Shown: piece after piece, positions 18,406 to 28,127 of the stretch
Numbering within the stretch: the stretch's first letter is position 1
How the letters are laid out: the number at the start of each line of letters is the position of its first letter
IMG/VR virus record: IMGVR_UViG_2029527005_000013
Origin: a virus
DNA: 59,146 nucleotides
Reading direction: 5' to 3' (one strand)
The notes under the pieces: model-generated
Told to the model about the DNA's origin: nothing
Seen by the model: the letters and a program-made list of their open reading frames with translations, nothing else
Databases searched by the model: none
Program-made: the position numbers and the translations under genes

Positions 18406-18900
18406 ATGGCATTCGGTAAAAATGTGAAGTATGGTTCTGTGACTCTGGATTTCATCATGGAATGTGCGAAAGTTCTGAGCCTCAACCCCAAGGAAGAAAC
18501 AACTCTGCGTCAGGTTCTTCACCTGATTGGTTTTCAGGTCTCCATCCTGAATGAAGAAACAGGCGAGTATACGCCGTGCCGCATTGACCGCATGAACAAC
18601 GTCAATATTCGTTGTGCGGACAAGCCATACATGTGCCGTCAGACCACAGTTTTCTCCGGTCGTCTGCGTGATGAACGCGACTTCCCGTTTGTGGCTATTT
18701 ATGATAAAGTAGACATCCTCGATGTGGATAGTGCAGTGGGTAAATCCTTTGTGAACGCGATGGCATTTGACATCCCGTCCGTTGAAAAGGTGAACACCCG
18801 CAAGTACACCAAGAAAGAGGATCGCAGCGACGTTGTTATCATGGATCTCCCGGAAGTGGAAGACATGGATGACCTTTTCAACCTGGTTAAAGGAGCGTAA
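18406..18900 (+). CDS. Hypothetical protein
   Basis: GAGGAG RBS, 164 aa. Confidence 0.7.
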   Translation: MAFGKNVKYGSVTLDFIMECAKVLSLNPKEETTLRQVLHLIGFQVSILNEETGEYTPCRIDRMNNVNIRCADKPYMCRQTTVFSGRLRDERDFPFVAIYDKVDILDVDSAVGKSFVNAMAFDIPSVEKVNTRKYTKKEDRSDVVIMDLPEVEDMDDLFNLVKGA

Positions 18901-18902
18901 TC

Positions 18903-19130
18903 ATGAGCAAGAAAAACACTGTCCCGGATGAGCAGACCAAATGGTTCCAACGTGGCTTTGCGAGCAAGCACGAGTACATTGGCTGGTTGCAGTTCAACGA
19001 TCTGGTAGATGAGTCGTTCGGATACGATGACACCTACTACGATGAGTATTCAGGCCGCACCATCAAAATCGGCGCAGCGCCGGAAGAAGATGTTGAGCAG
19101 TACGAGCCAAAGGTTGTTGAAGCTAAGTAA
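18903..19130 (+). CDS. Acidic hypothetical protein
   Basis: AGGAG RBS. Confidence 0.6.
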   Translation: MSKKNTVPDEQTKWFQRGFASKHEYIGWLQFNDLVDESFGYDDTYYDEYSGRTIKIGAAPEEDVEQYEPKVVEAK

Positions 19131-19150
19131 TTCATAATAAGGAGATCCAC

Positions 19151-21406
19151 TTGACCAGCATTAACGTTGTAAAAAATTCCGGCGCATCTGAGCCGTTTGT
19201 CGCCGAGAAGGCTAACCGTGTGGTCGAATGGGCCTGTGAGGGTCTCGATGTAAGCGCATCAGAGATCCTTATGAAAGCACAGATCCAAGTATTTGATGGC
19301 ATCACTACCCGGGCCATCCACGACACGCTGATTAAGGCCGCTGCTGACCTGATCTCCGTGAAAGAGCCGGATTACCAGTACGCCGCCGCACGACTGCTGC
19401 TGTTCAAGATCCGTAAAGAGGCATACGGTGAGTTTGAGCCTCTGCCGCTGTTCAACCAGATTTATCTGAACGTTGGCAACGGTAAGTACGACGAGCATCT
19501 GCTGAAGGACTATTCGAAGGAAGAGATGGACTTCCTCAACGGCAAGATTGTGCATGACCGTGACTTCGACTATACTTACGCTGCGATGCGCCAGTATGAA
19601 GACAAATATCTGGTTAAAAACCGTGTGACCGGGGAGATTTACGAATCCCCTCAGACGGCACTGATGCTGATTGCGATGGGCCTGCTGTCTGATGAAGACA
19701 AAGCAACCCGTCTGGAAAAGATCGTTGACCTGTACGATAGCGTGTCCCTGATGAAAGTGTCCTTACCGACCCCGATCATGGCAGGCGTCCGTACCCCGAC
19801 CCGTCAGTTTAGTTCCTGTGTGCTGATCGAGTCTGGTGATGACATCAACCAGATCTTTAACGCCAACATGGCTCAGGGCAAGTATGCGGCGCAACGCGCT
19901 GGCATCGGTCTGAACTTTGGTATGATTCGTGGTCAGGATGCCCCGATTCGTAATGGCGAGGTGAAACACGCTGGCACCGTGCCGATTGTCCGTATGTACC
20001 AAGAATCCTTGGGGTGGACATCTCAGGGCGGCGTCCGTAAGGCATCGGCGAACTATTTCTACCCGATGTGGCACTGGGACTATGAGAACCTGATCGTTCT
20101 GAAGAACAACCGTGGCACCGAGAACACCCGTGCCCGTCACGTTGACTACGGTCTTCAGATCAACAAGTTCCTGTATGGTCGCCTCCAGCAGGGCAAGAAC
20201 ATTAGCCTGTTCCACCCGAACGTGGCGAATGGTGAGTTGTACAAGGCGTTCTTTGCGAATCAGGATCGTTTCCAGGAGCTTTACGAGAAGCTGGAAGCTG
20301 ACCCTTCTGTTCCGAAGAAAACTATCACGGCGGCTGAAGCATTCTCTGTCTTTGGGCAGGAGCGTTCTCAGACCGGGCGTATTTATGTGCAGCACGTTGA
20401 CCACTGTAACACCAACAGCCCGTTCGACCCTGAAGTGGCCCCGGTGAAACAGTCCAACCTGTGCATGGAGATCGCACTGCCGACGCATCCGATCAGTGAC
20501 ATCAATGACCCGCTGGATGCTGGTGAGATTGCGTTGTGTACTCTGTCTGCCATCAACCTTGGCAAGATCGAGAAGCTGGAAGACCTCCGCGCCCCGGTAC
20601 GGACTTTGGTTCGCGCTCTGGACAATCTGCTGGACTATCAGGACTACCCTGTTCTGGCGGCAGAGAAGACCAAGGATCGTCGTACTCTGGGTATTGGCTG
20701 GACCAACCTGGCGTATTATCTGGCGAAACGTGGCCTGAAGTACAGTGACCCGGCGGCGGCGAATGCCGTACACGAACTGGCTGAGGCATTCCAGTATTAC
20801 CTGCTGGAAGCGTCGAAGGACCTGGCTAAGGAACTGGGCAAGTGTGCCTATTACGACCAGACAACGTATTCGAAAGGCATTTTGCCGATTGATCGTTACA
20901 AGAAGGAAGTGGATAACCTCCACACTGCTGAACTCCGTATGGATTGGGAGGCGCTCCGTCTTGAGATTGCACTGCATGGCTTGCGTAACTCTACGCTTTC
21001 CACTATGATGCCGTGTGAGACCTCAAGTCAGATCACCAACTCAACTAACGGGTTCGAGCCGCCACGTGATGCGATTTCCTACAAGAAATCCGGCACGGGT
21101 ATGCTGCCAGTGTTGGTGCCGGGCGTTGGTGACCCAAGTGTGGTTTACGAGTTCAAGTGGGATATGGAATCTCCGATCCCTTATCTGGGCCTCGTGGCAA
21201 TCATGCAGAAGTTTATCGACCAGTCTGCGTCTGCTAACACCTTCTACAAGCCGTGGGACTTCCCCGGCGGCAAGTTGCCGATTAAGGTGGTTCTGCGTGA
21301 CATCATGTGGGCGTATAAGCACGGCCTGAAGACTCTGTATTACCAAGAGACGAAGGACGGCAACGACCAGGATGACGGCTGCGAATCAGGAGCTTGTAAA
21401 CTTTAA
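19151..21406 (+). CDS. nrdA: Ribonucleotide reductase class Ia alpha subunit
   Basis: ATP cone, PTPIMAG.R..QFSSC, SNLC.EI, KTLYY, C-terminal CESGAC. Confidence 0.97.
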   Translation: MTSINVVKNSGASEPFVAEKANRVVEWACEGLDVSASEILMKAQIQVFDGITTRAIHDTLIKAAADLISVKEPDYQYAAARLLLFKIRKEAYGEFEPLPLFNQIYLNVGNGKYDEHLLKDYSKEEMDFLNGKIVHDRDFDYTYAAMRQYEDKYLVKNRVTGEIYESPQTALMLIAMGLLSDEDKATRLEKIVDLYDSVSLMKVSLPTPIMAGVRTPTRQFSSCVLIESGDDINQIFNANMAQGKYAAQRAGIGLNFGMIRGQDAPIRNGEVKHAGTVPIVRMYQESLGWTSQGGVRKASANYFYPMWHWDYENLIVLKNNRGTENTRARHVDYGLQINKFLYGRLQQGKNISLFHPNVANGELYKAFFANQDRFQELYEKLEADPSVPKKTITAAEAFSVFGQERSQTGRIYVQHVDHCNTNSPFDPEVAPVKQSNLCMEIALPTHPISDINDPLDAGEIALCTLSAINLGKIEKLEDLRAPVRTLVRALDNLLDYQDYPVLAAEKTKDRRTLGIGWTNLAYYLAKRGLKYSDPAAANAVHELAEAFQYYLLEASKDLAKELGKCAYYDQTTYSKGILPIDRYKKEVDNLHTAELRMDWEALRLEIALHGLRNSTLSTMMPCETSSQITNSTNGFEPPRDAISYKKSGTGMLPVLVPGVGDPSVVYEFKWDMESPIPYLGLVAIMQKFIDQSASANTFYKPWDFPGGKLPIKVVLRDIMWAYKHGLKTLYYQETKDGNDQDDGCESGACKL

Positions 21407-21408
21407 GT

Positions 21409-21432
21409 AAACCGCCCTTCGGGGCGGTTTTT
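21409..21432 (+). terminator. Rho-independent terminator
   Basis: ACCGCCC-TTCG-GGGCGGT + T tract. Confidence 0.85.
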
Positions 21433-21445
21433 GTGTCTTAGGGTA

Positions 21446-21473
21446 TTGACAGTTGTCGTGGCTTCCGTATAAT
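21446..21473 (+). promoter_or_regulatory. sigma70-like promoter, 16-bp-spacer class
   Basis: TTGACA-16-TATAAT. Confidence 0.7.
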
Positions 21474-21503
21474 GGACCACAAGTTAACAGAAAGGAGAAA
21501 ACA

Positions 21504-22601
21504 ATGTCTTACAGCACTTTCAACCAGAACGATTTCGACTTCATGACTCAACCGATGTTCTTTGGTGAGACACCGAACGTTTCTCGCTATGATAAGCAGA
21601 AGCATAAGAAATTTGAGACACTGATCGAGAAGCAACTGGCATTCTTCTGGCGTCCTGAAGAGATCAACGTGTCAAAGGACCGTATCGACTATCAGAACCT
21701 GCCGGAACACGAGAAGCACATCTTCATCAGCAACCTGAAGTATCAGATCCTGCTGGATTCCGTACAAGGCCGTGGCCCGAACGCAGTTCTGCTGCCGATT
21801 GTATCCGACCCGACACTGGAGACGTGGGTAGAAACGTGGGCATTCAGTGAGACGATCCACAGTCGTTCTTACACCCACATCATCCGTAACATTCTGGCAG
21901 ATCCATCGATCGTATTCGATGACATCATGCAATCGCCGGAGATTATCGCCCGCGCCGAGGCGGTTACCGGGATGTACGACACACTGTACGAACTGAACTG
22001 CAAGAAGGCCCTCGGGATGAAGGTGGACGAGTACACCCACGCCCGCGCCCTGTATCTGTGCCTGCACAACATCAATGCACTGGAGGCAATCCGCTTCTAT
22101 GTGAGCTTCGCCTGTTCCTTTGCGTTCGGTGAGCGCGGTCTGATGACCGGGAACACCAACATCATTGAGTTAATTGCTCGTGATGAAGCCTTGCATTTGT
22201 CCGGCACTCAGTATATGCTGAAAGAAATGCAGAACGGTAACGAGGGTGACCTCTTTGCCCGTGTTGCGGAAGACTGCTACGACGAAGCCCGCCAGGGATT
22301 CATTGATGCAGCCAATCAAGAGAAAGATTGGGGCGGCTTCCTGTTCAAGGACGGCTCCATGATTGGACTGAACGGCGGTATGCTGAACGGCTATGTGGAT
22401 TACATCACTGACCAGCGTATGCGAGCAGTTGGTCTGGGGCCGTTCACCGAGAAGCCGGGTAAAAACCCGATCCCTTGGATCAACAGCCACCTGTCCACTG
22501 GTAACGTTCAGGTAACACCGCAGGAAATTGAGAATGGACAATATCTGTCTGGTCAGGTAGACTCCTCAATGACTGCTGCCGATTTCAACTTCGACCTGTA
22601 A
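21504..22601 (+). CDS. nrdB: Ribonucleotide reductase class Ia beta subunit
   Basis: [36 protein letters not shown] di-iron motifs. Confidence 0.97.
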   Translation: MSYSTFNQNDFDFMTQPMFFGETPNVSRYDKQKHKKFETLIEKQLAFFWRPEEINVSKDRIDYQNLPEHEKHIFISNLKYQILLDSVQGRGPNAVLLPIVSDPTLETWVETWAFSETIHSRSYTHIIRNILADPSIVFDDIMQSPEIIARAEAVTGMYDTLYELNCKKALGMKVDEYTHARALYLCLHNINALEAIRFYVSFACSFAFGERGLMTGNTNIIELIARDEALHLSGTQYMLKEMQNGNEGDLFARVAEDCYDEARQGFIDAANQEKDWGGFLFKDGSMIGLNGGMLNGYVDYITDQRMRAVGLGPFTEKPGKNPIPWINSHLSTGNVQVTPQEIENGQYLSGQVDSSMTAADFNFDL

Positions 22602-22611
22602 GGGGATAAAG

Positions 22612-22833
22612 ATGACGATTCTGAAATGTAAGACTGTCGGTGCCGGGTACGAAAGTTTCTTCACCGTCGGGAAGCATTACCCGGCTGACTCTGACTTCGC
22701 TGTTTGCGATGACGACTCAGAGGGTGACGACTGGTTCCATTGGGATCTGGAGGCTGACGGGGTTACTGTCATGTCCTCCTGCGGTGACGAGTTCAGTCAA
22801 GTTGTGGCTACTTTTGAAATTGTGGAGGAATAA
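22612..22833 (+). CDS. Acidic hypothetical protein
   Basis: 73 aa, RBS, coupled to glutaredoxin. Confidence 0.6.
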   Translation: MTILKCKTVGAGYESFFTVGKHYPADSDFAVCDDDSEGDDWFHWDLEADGVTVMSSCGDEFSQVVATFEIVEE

Positions 22834-23114
22834 TGTACTTTACGGTCTTCGGTAAGGAAAATTGCCCGTACTGCGTGAAGGCAAAGGCGCTGCTCCAGTC
22901 CCGTATGCTGGAGTTCACGTACAAGGACGTGAAAGAGGACGAGGTGTTCTTCATGCAGATGAACACTTGGGTAACGGAAGCGACGGGCGCTCCGGCGCGA
23001 ACCGTCCCGCAGATTTTCGTTGACAAAGAGTACATCGGCGGGCATGATGATCTGGTTGAATACCTCAACCAGCCGGAAGAAATTAACCCTTCCGACTATT
23101 TTGGCGAACTCTAA
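22833..23114 (+). CDS. grx: Glutaredoxin
   Basis: CPYC, TVPQIF, IGG. Confidence 0.93.
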   Translation: MYFTVFGKENCPYCVKAKALLQSRMLEFTYKDVKEDEVFFMQMNTWVTEATGAPARTVPQIFVDKEYIGGHDDLVEYLNQPEEINPSDYFGEL

Positions 23115-23124
23115 GGAGAACTGA

Positions 23125-23505
23125 ATGTCAGAGAAACGCACTGAATTGCTGCACGATATTGCCATCCGCACTGCAAATCGTAACATCGAGGAGCAGTTGG
23201 ATGTAGGCATCCAGTTGCTGGAGTTCTACAAGGACATCGAGGGTAAAACCGCCGATGACCTCCGAAAGATCAAGGAGCAGGAAAAATTCATCGACCTGCT
23301 GAATGGAACGGAGTACCGTGACCGTCTCCAAAACGTGATCACCGAGCAGTTTGCCAAGCTGTCTGACGAACATCTGGCGCTGTTTCATAGTGAACTGGTG
23401 TATCAGGACGCCCTGTCCGACCTGAACATCACACTAATCCCTGCGCTGGAAGAAGTGCAGCAGGAGCTTCTGTACGGCGTGTTTGAAAAGCCAACCCTGC
23501 AATAA
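23125..23505 (+). CDS. Hypothetical protein
   Basis: AAGGAG RBS. Confidence 0.65.
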   Translation: MSEKRTELLHDIAIRTANRNIEEQLDVGIQLLEFYKDIEGKTADDLRKIKEQEKFIDLLNGTEYRDRLQNVITEQFAKLSDEHLALFHSELVYQDALSDLNITLIPALEEVQQELLYGVFEKPTLQ

Positions 23506-23514
23506 GGAGCATTA

Positions 23515-23898
23515 ATGGCATTTGTACTGGGCCAACGTAGTATCGATCGTCTGAAAGGGGTCCACCCGGACCTCGTTAAGGTGGTCAAACTTGCACTGAC
23601 TAAGGTAGACCGGGACTTCACCGTTGGGGAGGGTCTTCGGACCATCGAAACCCAGCGTAAGTACGTTGCCGAGGGCAAGAGCAAGACGATGAATAGTCGT
23701 CATTTGACAGGCCACGCCGTGGATCTTTGGCCCCTGGTTGATGGTAAGGTCTCGTGGGACTGGAAGTATTACTACCCACTGGCTGATGCCATGAAGGCAG
23801 CGGCTAAGGAACTCGGTGTACCGCTGGAATGGGGCGGCGACTGGACCAGTTTTAAAGATGGTCCTCACTTCCAGCTTCCGTTCAAGCAATATCCCTAA
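23515..23898 (+). CDS. Endolysin, M15 L-Ala-D-Glu peptidase
   Basis: GLRT..Q, SRHL.GHAVD, WGGDW..F.DGPHFQL. Confidence 0.9.
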   Translation: MAFVLGQRSIDRLKGVHPDLVKVVKLALTKVDRDFTVGEGLRTIETQRKYVAEGKSKTMNSRHLTGHAVDLWPLVDGKVSWDWKYYYPLADAMKAAAKELGVPLEWGGDWTSFKDGPHFQLPFKQYP

Positions 23899-23913
23899 TA
23901 TTTAGGAGGTACT

Positions 23914-24660
23914 ATGCGTCGTAACAATCGTCAGGAACGTCAGAGTCGTCGTGAAGAGAAAAGAGCACGTGGTCGCGTTGTAACAGAACGCGCTCATGAT
24001 GAGGTTCAGTTGGCCCGGAAGATCAGTCCGAAGACCGAGTTCCAACATGATCTTCTGTTTGCTCTCAATCATAAGGACGCCGTATTTGCTAACGGCCCGG
24101 CGGGCACTGGCAAGACATTCGTTGTGATGAGTACCGTAATCGACTGGTTGAAGTCTGGACAGATTAAGAAGATCATTCTGTCTCGACCAACCGTTGGAAT
24201 GGGTGACAGCCTCGGCCTGCTGCCGGGTGGGATTCGTGAAAAATTCGAACCTTACCTGGCGGCGCTGGTTGATGTAATCAAAAAGCGCTACGGACCGGGC
24301 TACTACGAGACCCAACTGGGCAACGGAAACATCGAGTTCGTCCCTCTGGAATACGTCCGTGGTCGTTCGTTCGAAGATGCTGTGGTAATTATCGATGAGT
24401 TCCAGAACACCGATGAGGACACGGCGTACACCATCATGACCCGTCTCGGAGAGGGCACAAAGATGGTTTGCTTGGGTGACATCACACAGAACGACATGAA
24501 GGGCCGGGAATCTGGCTTGGATTGGGCAATCGACTTCATCGACCGTCATGAACTGACGCACTTGGCGGAGTTTGTCGAGTGTACCAGTGACTCGATCGTT
24601 AGAAGCCCGTTCTGTAAGGCTGTTGTTAAAGCACGTGAAAAGGATCTGGGGGTTCGTTAA
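23914..24660 (+). CDS. phoH: PhoH-like ATPase
   Basis: GPAGTGKT, G.LPG, RGRSF, DEFQN, TRLG, GD..Q.D. Confidence 0.95.
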   Translation: MRRNNRQERQSRREEKRARGRVVTERAHDEVQLARKISPKTEFQHDLLFALNHKDAVFANGPAGTGKTFVVMSTVIDWLKSGQIKKIILSRPTVGMGDSLGLLPGGIREKFEPYLAALVDVIKKRYGPGYYETQLGNGNIEFVPLEYVRGRSFEDAVVIIDEFQNTDEDTAYTIMTRLGEGTKMVCLGDITQNDMKGRESGLDWAIDFIDRHELTHLAEFVECTSDSIVRSPFCKAVVKAREKDLGVR

Positions 24661-25253
24661 TGGCAGCATATTCCGGGATTGGGTCGAGAGAAACACCACC
24701 GGAAGTTATCAGCATCATGGAAGATGCTGGTTTCCGTTTGGCAAGAATCGGGTTTACTTTGCGTTCTGGCAAAGCCGCTGGGGCGGATGCGGCATTCCAA
24801 CGGGGTGCCCAAAGGTTCGAGGGTGCCAAGTGTGAGATCTACATTCCGTGGAAGGGATTCAAGGGCGGCGAGGGTCTCCTTGATCGGTACGACATAACCT
24901 TGGACTCGATTGATCGTCAGTTCCCGGAGAATGCAGAGATGCGTTGGGAGTGGGTGAAGGAAGTACACGGCGGCTGGGAGAGACTCTCACAGGGCGCTCG
25001 TAAGTTGCACGAACGCAACATTCACCAACTGTTTGGTCAGGATTTGGGCGATGCTTACTTGAACCAGAGTAAGTTTGTGATATACTTCGCCCTCGAAACA
25101 AAGAAAGGTGATCCAAAGGGCGGTACTGCCACCGCAGTTAATCTTGCGAAGAAACAGGGTATTCGTACCCTTAACCTCTTGCACGAGAGTAACCGGGAGG
25201 TACTGGAGAAGTTTCTGGTGAGTATGGAGCAAAAACGTGGCCTTAAACAGTAA
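24660..25253 (+). CDS. SLOG/DprA-like Rossmann-fold protein
   Basis: YSGIGSRETP, LRSG.A.GAD.AF, RN, GGTATAV..A. Confidence 0.7.
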   Translation: MAAYSGIGSRETPPEVISIMEDAGFRLARIGFTLRSGKAAGADAAFQRGAQRFEGAKCEIYIPWKGFKGGEGLLDRYDITLDSIDRQFPENAEMRWEWVKEVHGGWERLSQGARKLHERNIHQLFGQDLGDAYLNQSKFVIYFALETKKGDPKGGTATAVNLAKKQGIRTLNLLHESNREVLEKFLVSMEQKRGLKQ

Positions 25254-25551
25254 CAACCTTAACAGCGCCTTTGCGTTGGGTAAGGACAAGAAGACCGGGC
25301 AGTGGAAGCTGGGCCAGTGGACCAATCAGGCTTTGTGGACCGTGGATGGCTCCAATAAGCGAATCTGTTCCGTGAAGGAGATGACCCATTGGCGTTATTT
25401 CCGTGAAGCGGTAGAGCACGTCTCTGACGTGGAATTGAATCCGGGTGACCGGGTGGGTGTTACAGTTAAGCGAGGTATCAATGAGTGGTACTACGTTATC
25501 AGTACGCTTCCGTCAAATGATGGAAAATTTAACTATCTCGTCGGGATCTAA
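25237..25551 (+). CDS. Hypothetical protein
   Basis: GTG start, GGAG RBS. Confidence 0.55.
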   Translation: MALNSNNLNSAFALGKDKKTGQWKLGQWTNQALWTVDGSNKRICSVKEMTHWRYFREAVEHVSDVELNPGDRVGVTVKRGINEWYYVISTLPSNDGKFNYLVGI

Positions 25552-25561
25552 AGGGGAGTTT

Positions 25562-26035
25562 ATGGACAAGGGTATTTTTGCGACGGTAGAGCACCGTAAA
25601 TTGATGGAACTGAAGAACTGTGGTGCCGTCCATCCAGAACGCCTCGAAGATTTGGCCCGGCTGGCCTTTGTTGGCCTGAAGGGTCACATCAAGAACGTCC
25701 GTAGCCAAGGGAAGAAAGAGAAAGGCTTCTTTGGTCGCCTGTTCGACACCTCAATGTCGATCGACACAGAAGTTGACCTGATGTTCACGACCCGCGACGA
25801 ACTGATTGAGCACTTGGATGGGATTACGGTCCCTACCGACCTGTGCCCGATCACTGAAGAACAGAAAGATCAGTTGATCTTTCTCGACCGGGCGGCGCGT
25901 TACGCTGCCGAGGCCAGTAAGATCCTCGACATGTTCAAGCGCCACCATGAAGTAATTGTCGATTCGGATCGTTCGCTCGTTGTCGAGTGGGTGTTACTGA
26001 ACAGCAACCGCATCCGCGCCGAACTGGCTGAGTAA
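25562..26035 (+). CDS. Hypothetical protein
   Basis: GGGAG RBS. Confidence 0.65.
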   Translation: MDKGIFATVEHRKLMELKNCGAVHPERLEDLARLAFVGLKGHIKNVRSQGKKEKGFFGRLFDTSMSIDTEVDLMFTTRDELIEHLDGITVPTDLCPITEEQKDQLIFLDRAARYAAEASKILDMFKRHHEVIVDSDRSLVVEWVLLNSNRIRAELAE

Positions 26036-26044
26036 GGGGGTTTT

Positions 26045-27028
26045 ATGGAGGAAGAAGTTATGGCTATCGATCCAACCTACCGTGGCAACATCTGGTGTAC
26101 CCCGCAGGAACGCATGGACTGGCGTCTGTACCTGACAGAACTTAGCGATGACCCGAAGAATCACTTCGAGGCCGTTGATATGATCCGTGAGGCCAAGGAA
26201 GAGGACGTGATTGAAATCCTGATCACTTCGCCCGGCGGGCGGGTGGACATTGCCGATATGTACATCGCGGCGATGGCTGACAGTAAGGCAAAGATCATCA
26301 CCCGTGTCACCGGGGAGTGTTGTTCCGCTGCCACGTCGATCTTCCTCGAAGGTGACGAGCGCGTATGCGACAATGGAAGCTACTTTATGTTCCACAACGT
26401 CCAGTTCGGCGGTATGGGCGGGGACTCCGCGAATGTCTATGCCCGTACCAAATTCTATGAACGTATGTTCAAAGAGAAATTCTACGGTCAGATGGCAGAG
26501 GTGCTGACCGAAGAGGAACTGGCAGAACTGTTCGAACGCGCCGGGGAAGTGTATCTGACGGCGGACGAGATGCGTGGTCGCCTGGTGAATGCGGAGAATG
26601 CCTCTCCGGGACCTGCCGACTGGGACGGTGAACCCCGGATCAGGTTCGACTTCGGCGATATGCGGGTGATCCGCAACGGGGCAACCAAAGGAGACAGCCC
26701 GGAGGCTATTGCTCTGCGTGAGGCGGTGAATGCACCGACCATCGAGGCGATGAAGAAAGCCGGGTTTGTCGATTTGCCATTCCCGCCGACGCCAGTTGCG
26801 TTCGCCGGGGACTTCCCACAGGGTGATGAGTTCGACATCACTCTTGACGAAGGGTACAAGAAGACCTTCCGCCTGAGCACCTTGGGCAAAAAGGACTTCG
26901 ACGAGTACAACACCGAAGAACTCGAAGAGATTGGCTTCGCATTCGGTATTGGCCTGTCCGGCATGACCCGCGACCAGATGCTGGAAGCACTGATTGATGA
27001 GATTCAGAACGGTGGGGGTGAGCAGTAA
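26045..27028 (+). CDS. ClpP-like serine protease with acidic C-terminal extension
   Basis: I.SPGG, CCSAATSIF (catalytic Ser), FMFH (His), YLTADE. Confidence 0.8.
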   Translation: MEEEVMAIDPTYRGNIWCTPQERMDWRLYLTELSDDPKNHFEAVDMIREAKEEDVIEILITSPGGRVDIADMYIAAMADSKAKIITRVTGECCSAATSIFLEGDERVCDNGSYFMFHNVQFGGMGGDSANVYARTKFYERMFKEKFYGQMAEVLTEEELAELFERAGEVYLTADEMRGRLVNAENASPGPADWDGEPRIRFDFGDMRVIRNGATKGDSPEAIALREAVNAPTIEAMKKAGFVDLPFPPTPVAFAGDFPQGDEFDITLDEGYKKTFRLSTLGKKDFDEYNTEELEEIGFAFGIGLSGMTRDQMLEALIDEIQNGGGEQ

Positions 27029-27540
27029 TGGCGGCATTGAAGCCGAAGGGCGAGCGTAAGGCATTCGACGTTTACGAAACTCCAGAGTGGGCCGTAAAAT
27101 GCCTGTTCGACCTGATTCCTGTACGTAAGGACTGGACTTACATTGAGCCGTGCCGCGCCTCCGGGCGCTTCTACAATGAACTACCTATCGGTTCAGCGTG
27201 GGGAGAGATTCGGGAAGGGATCGACTACCTGACTACGAAGTATGACCGGGTTGACTGTATGGTAACCAACCCGCCGTACTCTTTGGCACAGGAGTTTGTG
27301 GAGAAGGCCCACGAGGACGCTGATGTGATCATCATGCTCCTCCGCCTGGGGTTCTTAGAGAGTATGCGCCGGGAGGAGTTCTGGAAACAGTACCCTCTCG
27401 ACCATCTTGTCACCTTGTCTAAACGCCCATCCTTCACGGATGACGGAAAGACTGACGGTGCCGGGTACGCATTCTTCATCTGGGACAAAAAGAAAAAGCT
27501 GGATCTGGACCGCCCGTTCTACTGGGTGTCTCCAAAATAA
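27028..27540 (+). CDS. DNA amino (N6-adenine) methyltransferase
   Basis: D.YETP.W, EPC.A.G motif I, TNPPY motif IV, LLRLGFLES. Confidence 0.85.
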   Translation: MAALKPKGERKAFDVYETPEWAVKCLFDLIPVRKDWTYIEPCRASGRFYNELPIGSAWGEIREGIDYLTTKYDRVDCMVTNPPYSLAQEFVEKAHEDADVIIMLLRLGFLESMRREEFWKQYPLDHLVTLSKRPSFTDDGKTDGAGYAFFIWDKKKKLDLDRPFYWVSPK

Positions 27541-27541
27541 C

Positions 27542-27570
27542 AAAAAGGTCACCTTCGGGTGGCCTTTTTT
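27542..27570 (+). terminator. Rho-independent terminator (bidirectional)
   Basis: AAAAAGGTCACC-TTCG-GGTGGCCTTTTT. Confidence 0.9.
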
Positions 27571-27571
27571 A

Positions 27572-27599
27572 TTGACTCCAGTTTCTGGTCGTGTATACT
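27572..27599 (+). promoter_or_regulatory. sigma70-like promoter, 16-bp-spacer class
   Basis: TTGACT-16-TATACT. Confidence 0.7.
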
Positions 27600-27624
27600 G
27601 GTCCACATTGAAGAGGAGGATACT

Positions 27625-27972
27625 ATGTTAACTTATCACATTTTGTACAGCCCGGTGTTCCACACCCGGAGCAAGAAGTTGGCTGGATATAACGTGGAAG
27701 TGACGTTGACTCCAGACTTCGAGAAGTTCAAAGACTACCAGACGATCGCTGTGAGCCACGATGACTCAGGAAAGACACTGGAAGAGTTCAATCGATTCAA
27801 AAAGATGTTGTCCGGCGTGTATGACCCGTTCGATGACATAGCTTTTGTTGACAAGCATCCGATGAATATCATAAAATATCTCCGTGGTGAGAAAGAACAG
27901 GCCAAGAAGACCGACAACTGGCAAGACCAGATCGGAAACTGGAAACTGAACGTGAGGGGAGAAAGGGCATGA
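27625..27972 (+). CDS. Hypothetical protein
   Basis: GGAGG RBS after the promoter. Confidence 0.65.
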   Translation: MLTYHILYSPVFHTRSKKLAGYNVEVTLTPDFEKFKDYQTIAVSHDDSGKTLEEFNRFKKMLSGVYDPFDDIAFVDKHPMNIIKYLRGEKEQAKKTDNWQDQIGNWKLNVRGERA

Positions 27973-28127
27973 ATTACTACTACAGCAAAGAGTTTGCCGA
28001 GGGCCGGGACCACGGATACCGGGAGAGCATGTTTGACAACAAGAACCCATACATTCCTGGAACAGAAGAGTTTGAAGACTGGGAAGCAGGTTTTAAGAAG
28101 GGCAGTCAAGAGAGGGAGTGGTTATGA
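27969..28127 (+). CDS. Small Rmf/CrpP-like motif protein (52 aa)
   Basis: F.EG...GY...NPY..G.EE...W..GF; ATGA overlaps on both sides; absent from the ORF track. Confidence 0.5.
   Translation: MNYYYSKEFAEGRDHGYRESMFDNKNPYIPGTEEFEDWEAGFKKGSQEREWL

Noticed and set aside
17272-22601. Introns or inteins in thyX, nrdA or nrdB
   Set aside because: The reading frames are continuous and of normal length with motifs in order.
4509-27064. Long minus-strand ORFs (4509-5597, 10829-11914, 14745-15533, 19763-20977, 23902-24699, 25994-27064)
   Set aside because: Antisense shadows of well-supported plus-strand genes with biased codon usage; no recognisable motifs.
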